Shown piece after piece: positions 28,901-43,900 of a DNA stretch of 64,000 nucleotides. The notes under the pieces are model-generated. The model ran no database searches. It saw only the letters and a program-made list of their open reading frames with translations, and was not told where the DNA came from. Source of the stretch: the human T2T-CHM13v2.0 reference genome, Homo sapiens; NCBI RefSeq assembly GCF_009914755.1, contig NC_060948.1. The stretch is one strand, 5' to 3'. Made by a program: the position numbers and the translations under genes. Each line of letters opens with the position of its first letter. Position 1 is the stretch's first letter.

Positions 28901-31900
28901 GGCCTGGAATAAAGTGGAATGCTACGGTCTCGAATGGAATAAAAATGTATGGAATGGAATGCAATGAAACGGAATCGAATGTCATAGAATGTAATGGAAT
29001 GCAAAAAAATGGAATCCAAAATCATTGACTGGAAAGGCTGGGTGTCGAAAGGAATTGACTCCAATGGAATGGAATCGAATGGAATGGAAGTGAATAGAAT
29101 CGAACTAAATCGAATGGAATGGAATTGATAGGAACGGAATGGAAAGGAATGCAATGATTTGGCATGGAATGGAATCGAATGGCATCGAATGGAATGGAAT
29201 GGAATGCAATGGAATGGAATGTATTAGAATGTAATGAACATTAATGGAATGTACTCGAATGGATTCGACTGGAATGGAATGTTCTGGAAGTGAATGGACT
29301 CCAATGGAATGGATTCGAAAGGAATGGTATCGAACAGAATGGAATCTAATGGAATGGAATTAAATGGAAATGAATCAAATTGAATAGCACGGAATTGAAT
29401 TGAATTGAATGGAATCGAATGCAATGGAATCTAATGAAACGGAAAGGAAAGGAATGGAATGGAATGGAATGGGCTGGAATGGAAAGGAATCGAAACGAAT
29501 GGAATGGAATCGAACTGAAGAGACTGGAATGGAATGCACTGGAATGGAAGGGAGTTTAATGGAAGGTTCTCGAAAATAATGGAAGCAAATGGAATGGAAT
29601 TGAATGGAACGGAATAGAGTCGAATGGAATTGAATGGAATGGAATGGACTAGAGTGAAATGGAATCGAACCACAAGGAATGGACAGGAATAGAATGGTCT
29701 CGAATTGAATGGAATCGTATGGAATGGCATCAAACGGAATGGAATGGACAGCCACGCAATGGAATGCACTCGAATGCAATGGAGTCGAAACTTATGGACT
29801 GGAATAGAATGGACTCGACTGGTACGGACTCCAATGGAATGGAATCGAATGGAAGGGATTCGAACGGAATGGACTCGAAGGGAAAAGACTGCAATGGAAA
29901 GGTCTCGAATGGAATGGAAATTAATGGAATGGAATGGAATCGAATGAAATGGAGTCAAAAGGAATGGAATCGAATGGCAAGAAATCGAATGTAATGGAAT
30001 CGCAAGGAATTGATGTGAACGGAACGGAATGGAATGGAATCCAAAGGAATGGAATAGAATGGAATGGAATCGAATGGAAAGGACTCGAATGGAAATCACT
30101 CGAATGGAATGAAATTTAATAAAATAGGATCAAATGTAATTGAATGGAATGGAAAGGAATCGAAACGAAAGGAATGGAGACAGATGGAATGGAATGGAAC
30201 AGAGAGCAATGGTATAGAATGGAATGGAATCATCTGGAATGGAATTGAATGGAATGGAATAATATGAAATGGAATGGAATGGAATAGAATGGAATGCCCT
30301 TGAATTAAATGGACTGGAATGGAATGGACTCGAACAGAGTGGAATGGAAAGTGTTGAGATAGAATGGAATGGACTCTTTTAGAATGGTCTAGTATGCAAT
30401 GCAATCGACTGGCAGGGAATCAAAAGGAATGTAATCGAATGGATTGGACTGGAATGCAATGGACTCGAATAGATTGGAAACGGAATGCAAAGGAATGGAA
30501 TGGAATAGTATGGAATGGAATGGAAAGGAATGGAGTGGAATAGACTAGAGTGGAATGGAATGGACTGGAAAGCAATGGACTGGAATGGAACTTTCTTGAA
30601 TGGACTGGAATCAAACGGAATGGAATGCAATGCAATCAAATGGCATGGAATAAAATAGAATGAAAGAGAATCAAATGGAATTGAATGGAATGGAATCGAA
30701 TGGATTGGAAAGGAATAGAATGGAATGGAATGGAATTGACTCAAATGGAATGGACTAGAATGGAATGGATTCGAATGGAAGGCAAAGGAATGGAATCTAT
30801 TGGAATGGACAGTAATGGAATGGAATGGAAGGGATTGGAATGGACTCGAATGGAATGGACTGCAATAGAAAGGATTCGAATGGAATGAAAAAGAATTGAA
30901 TGGAATAGAACAGAATGGAATCAAATCGAATGAAATGGAATGGAATAGAAAGGAATGGAATGAAATGGAATGGAAAGGATTCGAATGGAATGCAATCGAA
31001 TGGAATGGAATCGAACGGAATGGAATAAAATGGAAGAAAACTGGCAAGAAATGGAATCGAAATGAATGGAGTGTTATGGAACGGACTCAAAAGGAATTGA
31101 ATGTAATAGAATGGAGTGGAGTGGACTCGAATATAATGAACTTGAATGGAATGAAATCACATGGAATGGGAACGAATGGAATGGAATGGAAAGGAATGGA
31201 ATCGAATGGAAAGGAATCGAATGGAAGGGAATGAAATTGAATCAACAGGAATGGAAGGGAATAGAATAGACGGTAATGGAATGGACTCGAATAGAATGGA
31301 CACGAATGCTCAAATTGAATGGACTCGAATGGAATGGAAACAAAAGGAATGTCATCGAATGGAATTGAATCGATTGGAATGAAATCGCATAGAATGGAGT
31401 GGAATCAAATGGAATTGAATCGAAAGGAAAGGAAGCGAATGGACTGAAATGAAATGGAATGGAATTGAATGGAAAGTAATGCAATGGAATAGAATGGAAC
31501 GAAATTTCACGGAATGGAATCAAACTGAATGGAATCAAATCAATGGAATCAAATCAAATGGAATGGAAAGGAATTGAATGGAGTAGATTGGATTGGATGG
31601 GATTGGAATGAAATGTACTGGAAAGGACTCGAATTTCATGAAACGGAATGGAATGAATTGGAACGGAATGGACTCGAATGGAATGGAATGTCATGGAATG
31701 GCATCAAATGGAATGGCATCAAATGGAATGGAATCGAATGCAATGGAATGCTATGGAATGGAATGGAATGCATTGGAATGGAATGTCCTCTAATGGAATG
31801 GATTCGAGTGGAATGGAATCGAATATAATGGAGTCGAATGAAATGGAATTGAAAGGAATGGGATCGAATACAATGGAATATACTGGAATGTAATGTAATG

Positions 31901-34900
31901 AACTCGAATGTAATTGACTGGAATGGAATGTACATGAATGGAATGTAATCGAATGGAAAGTAATCCAATGGAATAGAATCTAATGCAATAAAATCGACTC
32001 AGATAGAGTAGAATGTAATGGAATGGAGTACAGTGCAATGGAATGGAATGGAATGGAATGCAATGGAATGGAATGGAATGGAATGGAATGGAATGGGATG
32101 GAATGGTATGGAATGGATAGTAATGGACTGGAATGAAATGGACTGGAAAAGAATGGACTCAAATTGAAAGGGCTCGAAAGGAATGGAGTCAAATGGAATG
32201 GTCTGGAATGGAATGAACACGAATGTAATGCAATCCAATAGAATGGAATCGAATGGCATGGAATATAAAGAAATGGAATCGAAGAGAATGGAAACAAATG
32301 GAATGGAATTGAATGGAATGGAATTGAATGGAATGGGAACGAATGGAGTGAAATTGTATGCAGTAGAAGAGAATAGAATGGAATGCAAGCGAAAGGAAAG
32401 GAATGGATTGCAATGGAATGGAATTCATTGGAATGGAAGGGAATGTAGTGTAATGGACAGGCCTGGAATAAAGTGGAATGCTACGGTCTCGAATGGAATA
32501 AAAATGTATGGAATGGAATGCAATGAAACGGAATCGAATGTCATAGAATGTAATGGAATGCAAAAAAATGGAATCCTAAATCATTGACTGGAAAGGCTGG
32601 GTGTCGAAAGGAATTGACTCCAATGGAATGGAATCGAATGGAATGGAAGTGAATAGAATCAAACTAAATCGAATGGAATGGAATTGATAGGAACGGAATG
32701 GAAAGGAATGCAATGATTTGGCATGGAATGGAATCGAATGGCATCGAATGGAATGGAATGGAATGCAATGGAATGGAATGTATTAGAATGTAATGAACAT
32801 TAATGGAATGTACTCGAATGGATTCGACTGGAATGGAATGTTCTGGAAGTGAATGGACTCCAATGGAATGGATTCGAAAGGAATGGAATCGAACGGAATG
32901 GAATCTAATGGAATGGAATTAAATGGAAATGAATCAAATTGAATAGCACGGAATTGAATTGAATGGAATCGAATGCAATGGAATCTAATGAAACGGAAAG
33001 GAAAGGAATGGAATGGAATGGAATGGGCTGGAATGGAAAGGAATCGAAACGAATGGAATGGAATCGAACTGAAGAGACTGGAATGGAATGCACTGGAATG
33101 GAAGGGAGTGTAATGGAAGGTTCTCGAAAATAATGGAAGCAAATGGAATGGAATTGAATGGAACGGAATAGAGTCGAATGGAATTGAATGGAATGGAATG
33201 GACTAGAGTGAAATGGAATCGAACCACAAGGAATGGACAGGAATAGAATGGTCTCGAATTGAATGGAATCGTATGGAATGGCATCAAACGGAATGGAATG
33301 GACAGCCACGGAATGGAATGCACTCGAATGCAATGGAGTCGAAACTTATGGACTGGAATAGAATGGACTCGACTGGTACGGACACCAATGGAATGGAATC
33401 GAATGGAAGGGATTCGAACGGAATGGACTCGAAGGGAAAAGACTGCAATGGAAAGGTCTCGAATGGAATGGAAATTAATGGAATGGAATGGAATCGAATG
33501 AAATGGAGTCAAAAGGAATGGAATCGAATGGCAAGAAATCGAATGTAATGGAATCGCAAGGAATTGATGTGAACGGAACGGAATGGAATGGAATCCAAAG
33601 GAATAGAATAGAATGGAATGGAATCGAATGGAAAGGACTCGAATGGAAATCACTCGAATAGAATGCAATTTAATAAAATAGGATCAAATGTAATTGAATG
33701 GAATGGAAAGGAATCGAAACGAAAGGAATGGAGACAGATGGAATGGAATGGAACAGGGAGCAATGGTATAGAATGGAATGGAATCATCTGGAATGGAATT
33801 GAATGGAATGGAATAATATGAAATGGAATGGAATGGAATGGAATGGAATGCCCTTGAATTAAATGGACTGGAATGGAATGGACTCGAACAGAGTGGAATG
33901 GAAAGTGTTGAGATAGAATGGAATGGACTCTTTTGGAATGGTCTAGTATGCAATGCAATCGACTGGCAGGGAATCAAAAGGAATGTAATCGAATGGATTA
34001 GACTGGAATGCAATGGACTCGAATAGATTGGAAACGGAATGCAAAGGAATGGAATGGAATAGTATGGAATGGAATGGAAAGGAATGGAGTGGAATAGACT
34101 AGAGTGGAATGGAATGGACTGGAAAGCAATGGACTGGAATGGAACTTTCTTGAATGGACTGGAATCAAACGGAATGGAATGCAATGCAATCAAATGGCAT
34201 GGAATAAAATAGAATGAAAGAGAATCAAATGGAATTGAATCGAATGGAATCGAATGGATTGGAAAGGAATAGAATGGAATGGAATGGAATTGACTCAAAT
34301 GGAATGGACTAGAATGGAATGGATTCGAATGGAAGGCAAAGGAATGGAATCTATTGGAATGGACTGTAATGGAATGGAATGGAAGGGATTGGAATGGACT
34401 CGAATGGAATGGACTGCAATAGAAAGGATTCGAATGGAATGAAAAAGAGTTGAATGGAATAGAACAGAATGGAATCAAATCGAATGAAATGGAATGGAAT
34501 AGAAAGGAATGGAATGAAATGGAATGGAAAGGATTCGAATGGAATGCAATCGAATGGAATGGAATCGAACGGAATGGAATAAAATGGAAGAAAACTGGCA
34601 AGAAATGGAAACGAAATGAATGGAGTGTTATGGAACGGACTCAAAAGGAATTGAATGTAATAGAATGGAGTGGAGTGGACTCGAATATAATGGACTGGAA
34701 TGGAATGAAATCACATGGAATGGGGACGAATGGAATGGAATGGAAAGGAATGGAATCGAATGGAAAGGAATCGAATGGAAGGGAATGAAATTGAATCAAC
34801 AGGAATGGAAGGGAATAGAATAGACGGTAATGGAATGGACTCGAATAGAATGGACACGAATGCTCAAATTGAATGGACTCGAATGGAATGGAAACGAAGG

Positions 34901-37900
34901 AATGTCATCGAATGGAATTGAATCGATTGGAATGAAATCGCATAGAATGGAGTGGAATCAAATGGAATTGAATCGAAAGGAAAGGAAGCGAATGGACTGA
35001 AATGAAATGGAATGGAATTGAATGGAAAGTAATGCAATGGAATAGAATGGAACGAAATTTCACGGAATGGAATCAAACTGAATGGAATCAAATCAATGGA
35101 ATCAAATCAAATGGAATGGAAAGGAATTGAATGGAGTAGATTGGATTGGATGGGATTGGAATGAAATGTACTGGAAAGGACTCGAATTTCATGAAACGGA
35201 ATGGAATGAATTGGAACGGAATGGACTCAAATGGAATGGAATGTCATGGAATGGCATCAAGTGGAATGGCATCAAATGGAATGGAATCGAATGCAATGGA
35301 ATGCTATCGAATGGAATGGAATGCATTAGAATGGAATGTCCTCTAATGGAATGGATTCGAGTGGAATGGAATCGAATATAATGGAGTCGAATGAAAAGGA
35401 ATTGAAAGGAATGGGATCGAATACAATGGAATATACTGGAATGTAATGTAATGAACTCGAATGTAATTGACTGGAATGGAATGTACATGAATGGAATGTA
35501 ATCGAATGGAAAGTAATCCAATGGAATAGAATCTAATGCAATAAAATCGACTCAGATAGAGTAGAATGTAATGGAATGGAGGGCAGTGCAATGGAATGGA
35601 ATGGAATGGAATGCAATGGAATGGAATGGAATGGAATGGAATGGAATGGAATGGAATGGAATGGGATGGAATGGTATGGAATGGATAGTAATGGACTGGA
35701 ATGAAATGGACTGGAAAAGAATGGACTCAAATTGAAAGGGCTCGAAAGGAATGGAGTCAAATGGAATGGTCTGGAATGGAATGAACACGAATGTAATGCA
35801 ATCCAATAGAATGGAATCGAATGGCATGGAATATAAAGAAATGGAATCGAAGAGAATGGAAACAAATGGAATGGAATTGAATGGAATGGAATTGAATGGA
35901 ATGGGAACGAATGGAGTGAAATTGTATGCAGTAGAAGAGAATAGAATGGAATGCAAGCGAAAGGAAAGGAATGGATTGCAATGGAATGGAATTCATTGGA
36001 ATGGAAGGGAATGTATTGTAATGGACAGGCCTGGAATAAAGTGGAATGCTACGGTCTCGAATGGAATAAAAATGTATGGAATGGAATGCAATGAAACGGA
36101 ATCGAATGTCATAGAATGTAATGGAATGCAAAAAAATGGAATCCAAAATCATTGACTGGAAAGGCTGGGTGTCGAAAGGAATTGACTCCAATGGAATGGA
36201 ATCGAATGGAATGGAAGTGAATAGAATCGAACTAAATCGAATGGAATGGAATTGATAGGAACGGAATGGAAAGGAATGCAATGATTTGGCATGGAATGGA
36301 ATCGAATGGCATCGAATGGAATGGAATGGAATGCAATGGAATGGAATGTATTAGAATGTAATGAACATTAATGGAATGTACTCGAATGGATTCGACTGGA
36401 ATGGAATGTTCTGGAAGTGAATGGACTCCAATGGAATGGATTCGAAAGGAATGGAATCGAACGGAATGGAATCTAATGGAATGGAATTAAATGGAAATGA
36501 ATCAAATTGAATAGCACGGAATTGAATTGAATGGAATCGAATGCAATGGAATCTAATGAAACGGAAAGGAAAGGAATGGAATGGAATGGAATGGGCTGGA
36601 ATGGAAAGGAATCGAAACGAATGGAATGGAATCGAACTGAAGAGACTGGAATGGAATGCACTGGAATGGAAGGGAGTGTAATGGAAGGTTCTCGAAAATG
36701 ATGGAAGCAAATGGAATGGAATTGAATGGAACGGAATAGAGTCGAATGGAATTGAATGGAATGGAATGGACTAGAGTGAAATGGAATCGAACCACAAGGA
36801 ATGGACAGGAATAGAATGGTCTCGAATTGAATGGAATCGTATGGAATGGCATCAAACGGAATGGAATGGACAGCCACGGAATGGAATGCACTCGAATGCA
36901 ATGGAGTCGAAACTTATGGACTGGAATAGAATGGACTCGACTGGTACGGACACCAATGGAATGGAATCGAATGGAAGGGATTCGAACGGAATGGACTCGA
37001 AGGGAAAAGACTGCAATGGAAAGGTCTCGAATGGAATGGAAATTAATGGAATGGAATGGAATCGAATAAAATGGAGTCAAAAGGAATGGAATCGAATGGC
37101 AAGAAATCGAATGTAATGGAATCGCAAGGAATTGATGTGAACGGAACGGAATGGAATGGAATCCAAAGGAATGGAATAGAATGGAATGGAATCGAATGGA
37201 AAGGACTCGAATGGAAATCACTCGAATAGAATGCAATTTAATAAAATAGGATCAAGTGTAATTGAATGGAATGGAAAGGAATCGAAACGAAAGGAATGGA
37301 GACAGATGGAATGGAATGGAACAGGGAGCAATGGTATAGAATGGAATGGAATCATCTGGAATGGAATTGAATGGAATGGAATAATATGAAATGGAATGGA
37401 ATGGAATGGAATGGAATGCCCTTGAATTAAATGGACTGGAATGGAATGGACTCGAACAGAGTGGAATGGAAAGTGTTGAGATAGAATGGAATGGACTCTT
37501 TTGGAATGGTCTAGTATGCAATGCAATCGACTGGCAGGGAATCAAAAGGAATGTAATCGAATGGATTAGACTGGAATGCAATGGACTCGAATAGATTGGA
37601 AACGGAATGCAAAGGAATGGAATGGAATAGTATGGAATGGAATGGAAAAGAATGGAGTGGAATAGACTAGAGTGGAATGGAATGGACTGGAAAGCAATGG
37701 ACTGGAATGGAACTTTCTTGAATGGACTGGAATCAAACGGAATGGAATGCAATGCAATCAAATGGCATGGAATAAAATAGAATGAAAGAGAATCAAATGG
37801 AATTGAATCGAATGGAATCGAATGGATTGGAAAGGAATAGAATGGAATGGAATGGAATTGACTCAAATGGAATGGACTAGAATGGAATGGATTCGAATGG

Positions 37901-40900
37901 AAGGCAAAGGAATGGAATCTATTGGAATGGACTGTAATGGAATGGAATGGAAGGGATTGGAATGGACTCGAATGGAATGGACTGCAATAGAAAGGATTCG
38001 AATGGAATGAAAAAGAATTGAATGGAATAGAACAGAATGGAATCAAATCGAATGAAATGGAATGGAATAGAAAGGAATGGAATGAAATGGAATGGAAAGG
38101 ATTCGAATGGAATGCAATCGAATGGAATGGAATCGAACGGAATGGAATAAAATGGAAGAAAACTGGCAAGAAATGGAATCGAAATGAATGGAGTGTTATG
38201 GAACGGACTCAAAAGGAATTGAATGTAATAGAATGGAGTGGAGTGGACTCGAATATAATGGACTGGAATGGAATGAAATCACATGGAATGGGAACGAATG
38301 GAATGGAATGGAAAGGAATGGAATCGAATGGAAAGGAATCGAATGGAAGGGAATGAAATTGAATCAACAGGAATGGAAGGGAATAGAATAGACGGTAATG
38401 GAATGGACTCGAATAGAATGGACACGCATGCTCAAATTGAATGGACTCGAATGGAATGGAAACGAAAGGAATGTCATCGAATGGAATTGAATCGATTGGA
38501 ATGAAATCGCATAGAATGGAGTGGAATCAAATGGAATTGAATCGAAAGGAAAGGAAGCGAATGGACTGAAATGAAATGGAATGGAATTGAATGGAAAGTA
38601 ATGCAATGGAATAGAATGGAACGAAATTTCACGGAATGGAATCAAACTGAATGGAATCAAATCAATGGAATCAAATCAAATGGAATGGAGTAGATTGGAT
38701 TGGATGGGATTGGAATGAAATGTACTGGAAAGGACTCGAATTTCATGAAACGGAATGGAATGAATTGGAACGGAATGGACTCGAATGGAATGGAATGTCA
38801 TAGAATGGCATCAAATGGAATGGCATCAAATGGAATGGAATCGAATGCAATGGAATGCTATGGAATGGAATGGAATGCATTGGAATGGAATGTCCTCTAA
38901 TGGAATGGATTCGAGTGGAATGGAATCGAATATAATGGAGTCGAATGAAATGGAATTGAAAGGAATGGGATCGAATACAATGGAATATACTGGAATGTAA
39001 TGTAATGAACTCGAATGTAATCGACTGGAATGGAATGTACATGAATGGAATGTAATCCAATGGAAAGTAATCCAATGGAATAGAATCTAATGCAATAAAA
39101 TCGACTCAGATAGAGTAGAATGTAATGGAATGGAGTGCAGTGCAATGGAATGGAATGGAATAGAATGCAATGGAATGGAATGGAATGGAATGGAATGGAA
39201 TGGGATTGAATGGTATGGAATGGATAGTAATGGACTGGAGTGAAATGGACTGGAAAGGAATGGACTCAAATTGAAAGGGCTCGAAAGGAATGGAGTCAAA
39301 TGGAATGGTCTGGAATGGAATGAACACGAATGTAATGCAATCCAATAGAATGGAATCGAATGGCATGGAATATAAAGAAATGGAATCGAAGAGAATGGAA
39401 ACAAATGGAATGGAATTGAATGGAATGGAATTGAATGGAATGGGAACGAATGGAGTGAAATTGTATGCAGTAGAAGAGAATAGAATGGAATGCAAGCGAA
39501 AGGAAAGGAATGGATTGGAATGGAATGGAATTCATTGGAATGGAAGGGAATGTAGTGTAATGGACAGGCCTCGAATAAAGTGGAATGCTACGGTCTCGAA
39601 TGGAATAAAAATGTATGGAATGGAATGCAATGAAACGGAATCGAATGTCATAGAATGTAATGGAATGCAAAAAAATGGAATCCAAAATCATTGACTGGAA
39701 AGGCTGGGTGTCGAAAGGAATTGACTCCAATGGAATGGAATCGAATGGAATGGAAGTGAATAGAATCGAACTAAATCGAATGGAATGGAATTGATAGGAA
39801 CGGAATGGAAAGGAATGCAATGATTTGGCATGGAATGGAATCGAATGGCATCGAATGGAATGGAATGGAATGCAATGGAATGGAATGTATTAGAATGTAA
39901 TGAACTTTAATGGAATGTACTCGAATGGATTCGACTGGAATGGAATGTTCTGGAAGTGAATGGACTCCAATGGAATGGATTCGAAAGGAATGGAATCGAA
40001 CGGAATGGAATCTAATGGAATGGAATTAAATGGAAATGAATCAAATTGAATAGCACGGAATTGAATTGAATGGAATCGAATGCAATGGAATCTAATGAAA
40101 CGGAAAGGAAAGGAATGGAATGGAATGGAATGGGCTGGAATGGAAAGGAATCGAAACGAATGGAATGGAATCGAACTGAAGAGACTGGAATGGAATGCAC
40201 TGGAATGGAAGGGAGTGTAATGGAAGGTTCTCGAAAATAATGGAAGCAAATGGAATGGAATTGAATGGAACGGAATAGAGTCGAATGGAATTGAATGGAA
40301 TGGAATGGACTAGAGTGAAATGGAATCGAACCACAAGGAATGGACAGGAATAGAATGGTCTCGAATTGAATGGAATCGTATGGAATGGCATCAAACGGAA
40401 TGGAATGGACAGCCACGGAATGGAATGCACTCGAATGCAATGGAGTCGAAACTTATGGACTGGAATAGAATGGACTCGACTGGTATGGACACCAATGGAA
40501 TGGAATCGAATGGAAGGGATTCGAACGGAATGGACTCGAAGGGAAAAGACTGCAATGGAAAGGTCTCGAATGGAATGGAAATTAATGGAATGGAATGGAA
40601 TCGAATGAAATGGAGTCAAAAGGAATGGAATCGAATGGCAAGAAATCGAATGTAATGGAATCGCAAGGAATTGATGTGAACGGAACGGAATGGAATGGAA
40701 TCCAAAGGAATGGAATAGAATGGAATGGAATCGAATGGAAAGGACTCGAATGGAAATCACTCGAATAGAATGCAATTTAATAAAATAGGATCAAATGTAA
40801 TTGAATGGAATGGAAAGGAATCGAAACGAAAGGAATGGAGACAGATGGAATGGAATGGAACAGGGAGCAATGGTATAGAATGGAATGGAATCATCTGGAA

Positions 40901-43900
40901 TGGAATTGAATGGAATGGAATAATATGAAATGGAATGGAATGGAATGCCCTTGAATTAAATGGACTGGAATGGAATGGACTCGAACAGAGTGGAATGGAA
41001 AGTGTTGAGATAGAATGGAATGGACTCTTTTGGAATGGTCTAGTATGCAATGCAATCAACTGGCAGGGAATCAAAAGGAATGTAATCGAATGGATTAGAC
41101 TGGAATGCAATGGACTCGAATAGATTGGAAACGGAATGCAAAGGAATGGAATGGAATAGTATGGAATGGAATGGAAAGGAATGGAGTGGAATAGACTAGA
41201 GTGGAATGGAATGGACTGGAAAGCAATGGACTGGAATGGAACTTTCTTGAATGGACTGGAATCAAACGGAATGGAATGCAATGCAATCAAATGGCATGGA
41301 ATAAAATAGAATGAAAGAGAATCAAATGGAATTGAATCGAATGGAATCGAATGGATTGGAAAGGAATAGAATGGAATGGAATGGAATTGACTCAAATGGA
41401 ATGGACTAGAATGGAATGGATTCGAATGGAAGGCAAAGGAATGGAATCTATTGGAATGGACTGTAATGGAATGGAATGGAAGGGATTGGAATGGACTCGA
41501 ATGGAATGGACTGCAATAGAAAGGATTCGAATGGAATGAAAAAGAGTTGAATGGAATAGAACAGAATGGAATCAAATCGAATGAAATGGAATGGAATAGA
41601 AAGGAATGGAATGAAATGGAATGGAAAGGATTCGAATGGAATGCAATCGAATGGAATGGAATCGAACGGAATGGAATAAAATGGAAGAAAACTGGCAAGA
41701 AATGGAATCGAAATGAATGGAGTGTTATGGAACGGACTCAAAAGGAATTGAATGTAATAGAATGGAGTGGAGTGGACTCGAATATAATGGACTGGAATGG
41801 AATGAAATCACATGGAATGGGAACGAATGGAATGGAATGGAAAGGAATGGAATCGAATGGAAAGGAATCGAATGGAAGGGAATGAAATTGAATCAACAGG
41901 AATGGAAGGGAATAGAATAGACGGTAATGGAATGGACTCGAATAGAATGGACACGAATGCTCAAATTGAATGGACTCGAATGGAATGGAAACGAAAGGAA
42001 TGTCATCGAATGGAATTGAATCGATTGGAATGAAATCGCATAGAATGGAGTGGAATCAAATGGAATTGAATCGAAAGGAAAGGAAGCGAATGGACTGAAA
42101 TGAAATGGAATGGAATTGAATGGAAAGTAATGCAATGGAATAGAATGGAACGAAATTTCACGGAATGGAATCAAACTGAATGGAATCAAATCAATGGAAT
42201 CAAATCAAATGGAATGGAAAGGAATTGAATGGAGTAGATTGGATTGGATGGGATTGGAATGAAATGTACTGGAAAGGACTCGAATTTCATGAAACGGAAT
42301 GGAATGAATTGGAACGGAATGGACTCAAATGGAATGGAATGTCATGGAATGGCATCAAGTGGAATGGCATCAAATGGAATGGAATCGAATGCAATGGAAT
42401 GCTATCGAATGGAATGGAATGCATTGGAATGGAATGTCCTCTAATGGAATGGATTCGAGTGGAATGGAATCGAATATAATGGAGTCGAATGAAAAGGAAT
42501 TGAAAGGAATGGGATCGAATACAATGGAATATACTGGAATGTAATGTAATGAACTCGAATGTAATTGACTGGAATGGAATGTACATGAATGGAATGTAAT
42601 CGAATGGAAAGTAATCCAATGGAATAGAATCTAATGCAATAAAATCGACTCAGATAGAGTAGAATGTAATGGAATGGAGGGCAGTGCAATGGAATGGAAT
42701 GGAATGGAATGCAATGGAATGGAATGGAATGGAATGGAATGGAATGGGATGGAATGGTATGGAATGGATAGTAATGGACTGGAATGAAATGGACTGGAAA
42801 AGAATGGACTCAAATTGAAAGGGCTCGAAAGGAATGGAGTCAAATGGAATGGTCTGGAATGGAATGAACACGAATGTAATGCAATCCAATAGAATGGAAT
42901 CGAATGGCATGGAATATAAAGAAATGGAATCGAAGAGAATGGAAACAAATGGAATGGAATGGAATTGAATGGAATTGAATGGAATGGGAACGAATGGAGT
43001 GAAATTGTATGCAGTAGAAGAGAATAGAATGGAATGCAAGCGAAAGGAAAGGAATGGATTGCAATGGAATGGAATTCATTGAAATGGAAGGAAATGTAGT
43101 GTAATGGACAGGCCTGGAATAAAGTGGAATGCTACGGTCTCGAATGGAATAAAAATGTATGGAATGGAATGCAATGAAACGGAATCGAATGTCATAGAAT
43201 GTAATGGAATGCAAAAAAATGGAATCCAAAATCATTGACTGGAAAGGCTGGGTGTCGAAAGGAATTGACTCCAATGGAATGGAATCGAATGGAATGGAAG
43301 TGAATAGAATCGAACTAAATCGAATGGAATGGAATTGATAGGAACGGAATGGAAAGGAATGCAATGATTTGGCATGGAATGGAATCGAATGGCATCGAAT
43401 GGAATGGAATGGAATGCAATGGAATGGAATGTATTAGAATGTAATGAACATTAATGGAATGTACTCGAATGGATTCGACTGGAATGGAATGTTCTGGAAG
43501 TGAATGGACTCCAATGGAATGGATTCGAAAGGAATGGAATCGAACGGAATGGAATCTAATGGAATGGAATTAAATGGAAATGAATCAAATTGAATAGCCG
43601 GAATTGAATTGAATGGAATCGAATGCAATGGAATCTAATGAAACGGAAAGGAAAGGAATGGAATGGAATGGAATGGGCTGGAATGGAAAGGAATCGAAAC
43701 GAATGGAATGGAAGCGAACTGAAGAGACTGGAATGGAATGCACTGGAATGGAAGGGATTGTAATGGAAGGTTCTCGAAAATAATGGAAGCAAATGGAATG
43801 GAATTGAATGGAACGGAATAGAGTCGAATGGAATTGAATGGAATGGAATGGACTAGAGTGAAATGGAATCGAACCACAAGGAATGGACAGGAATAGAATG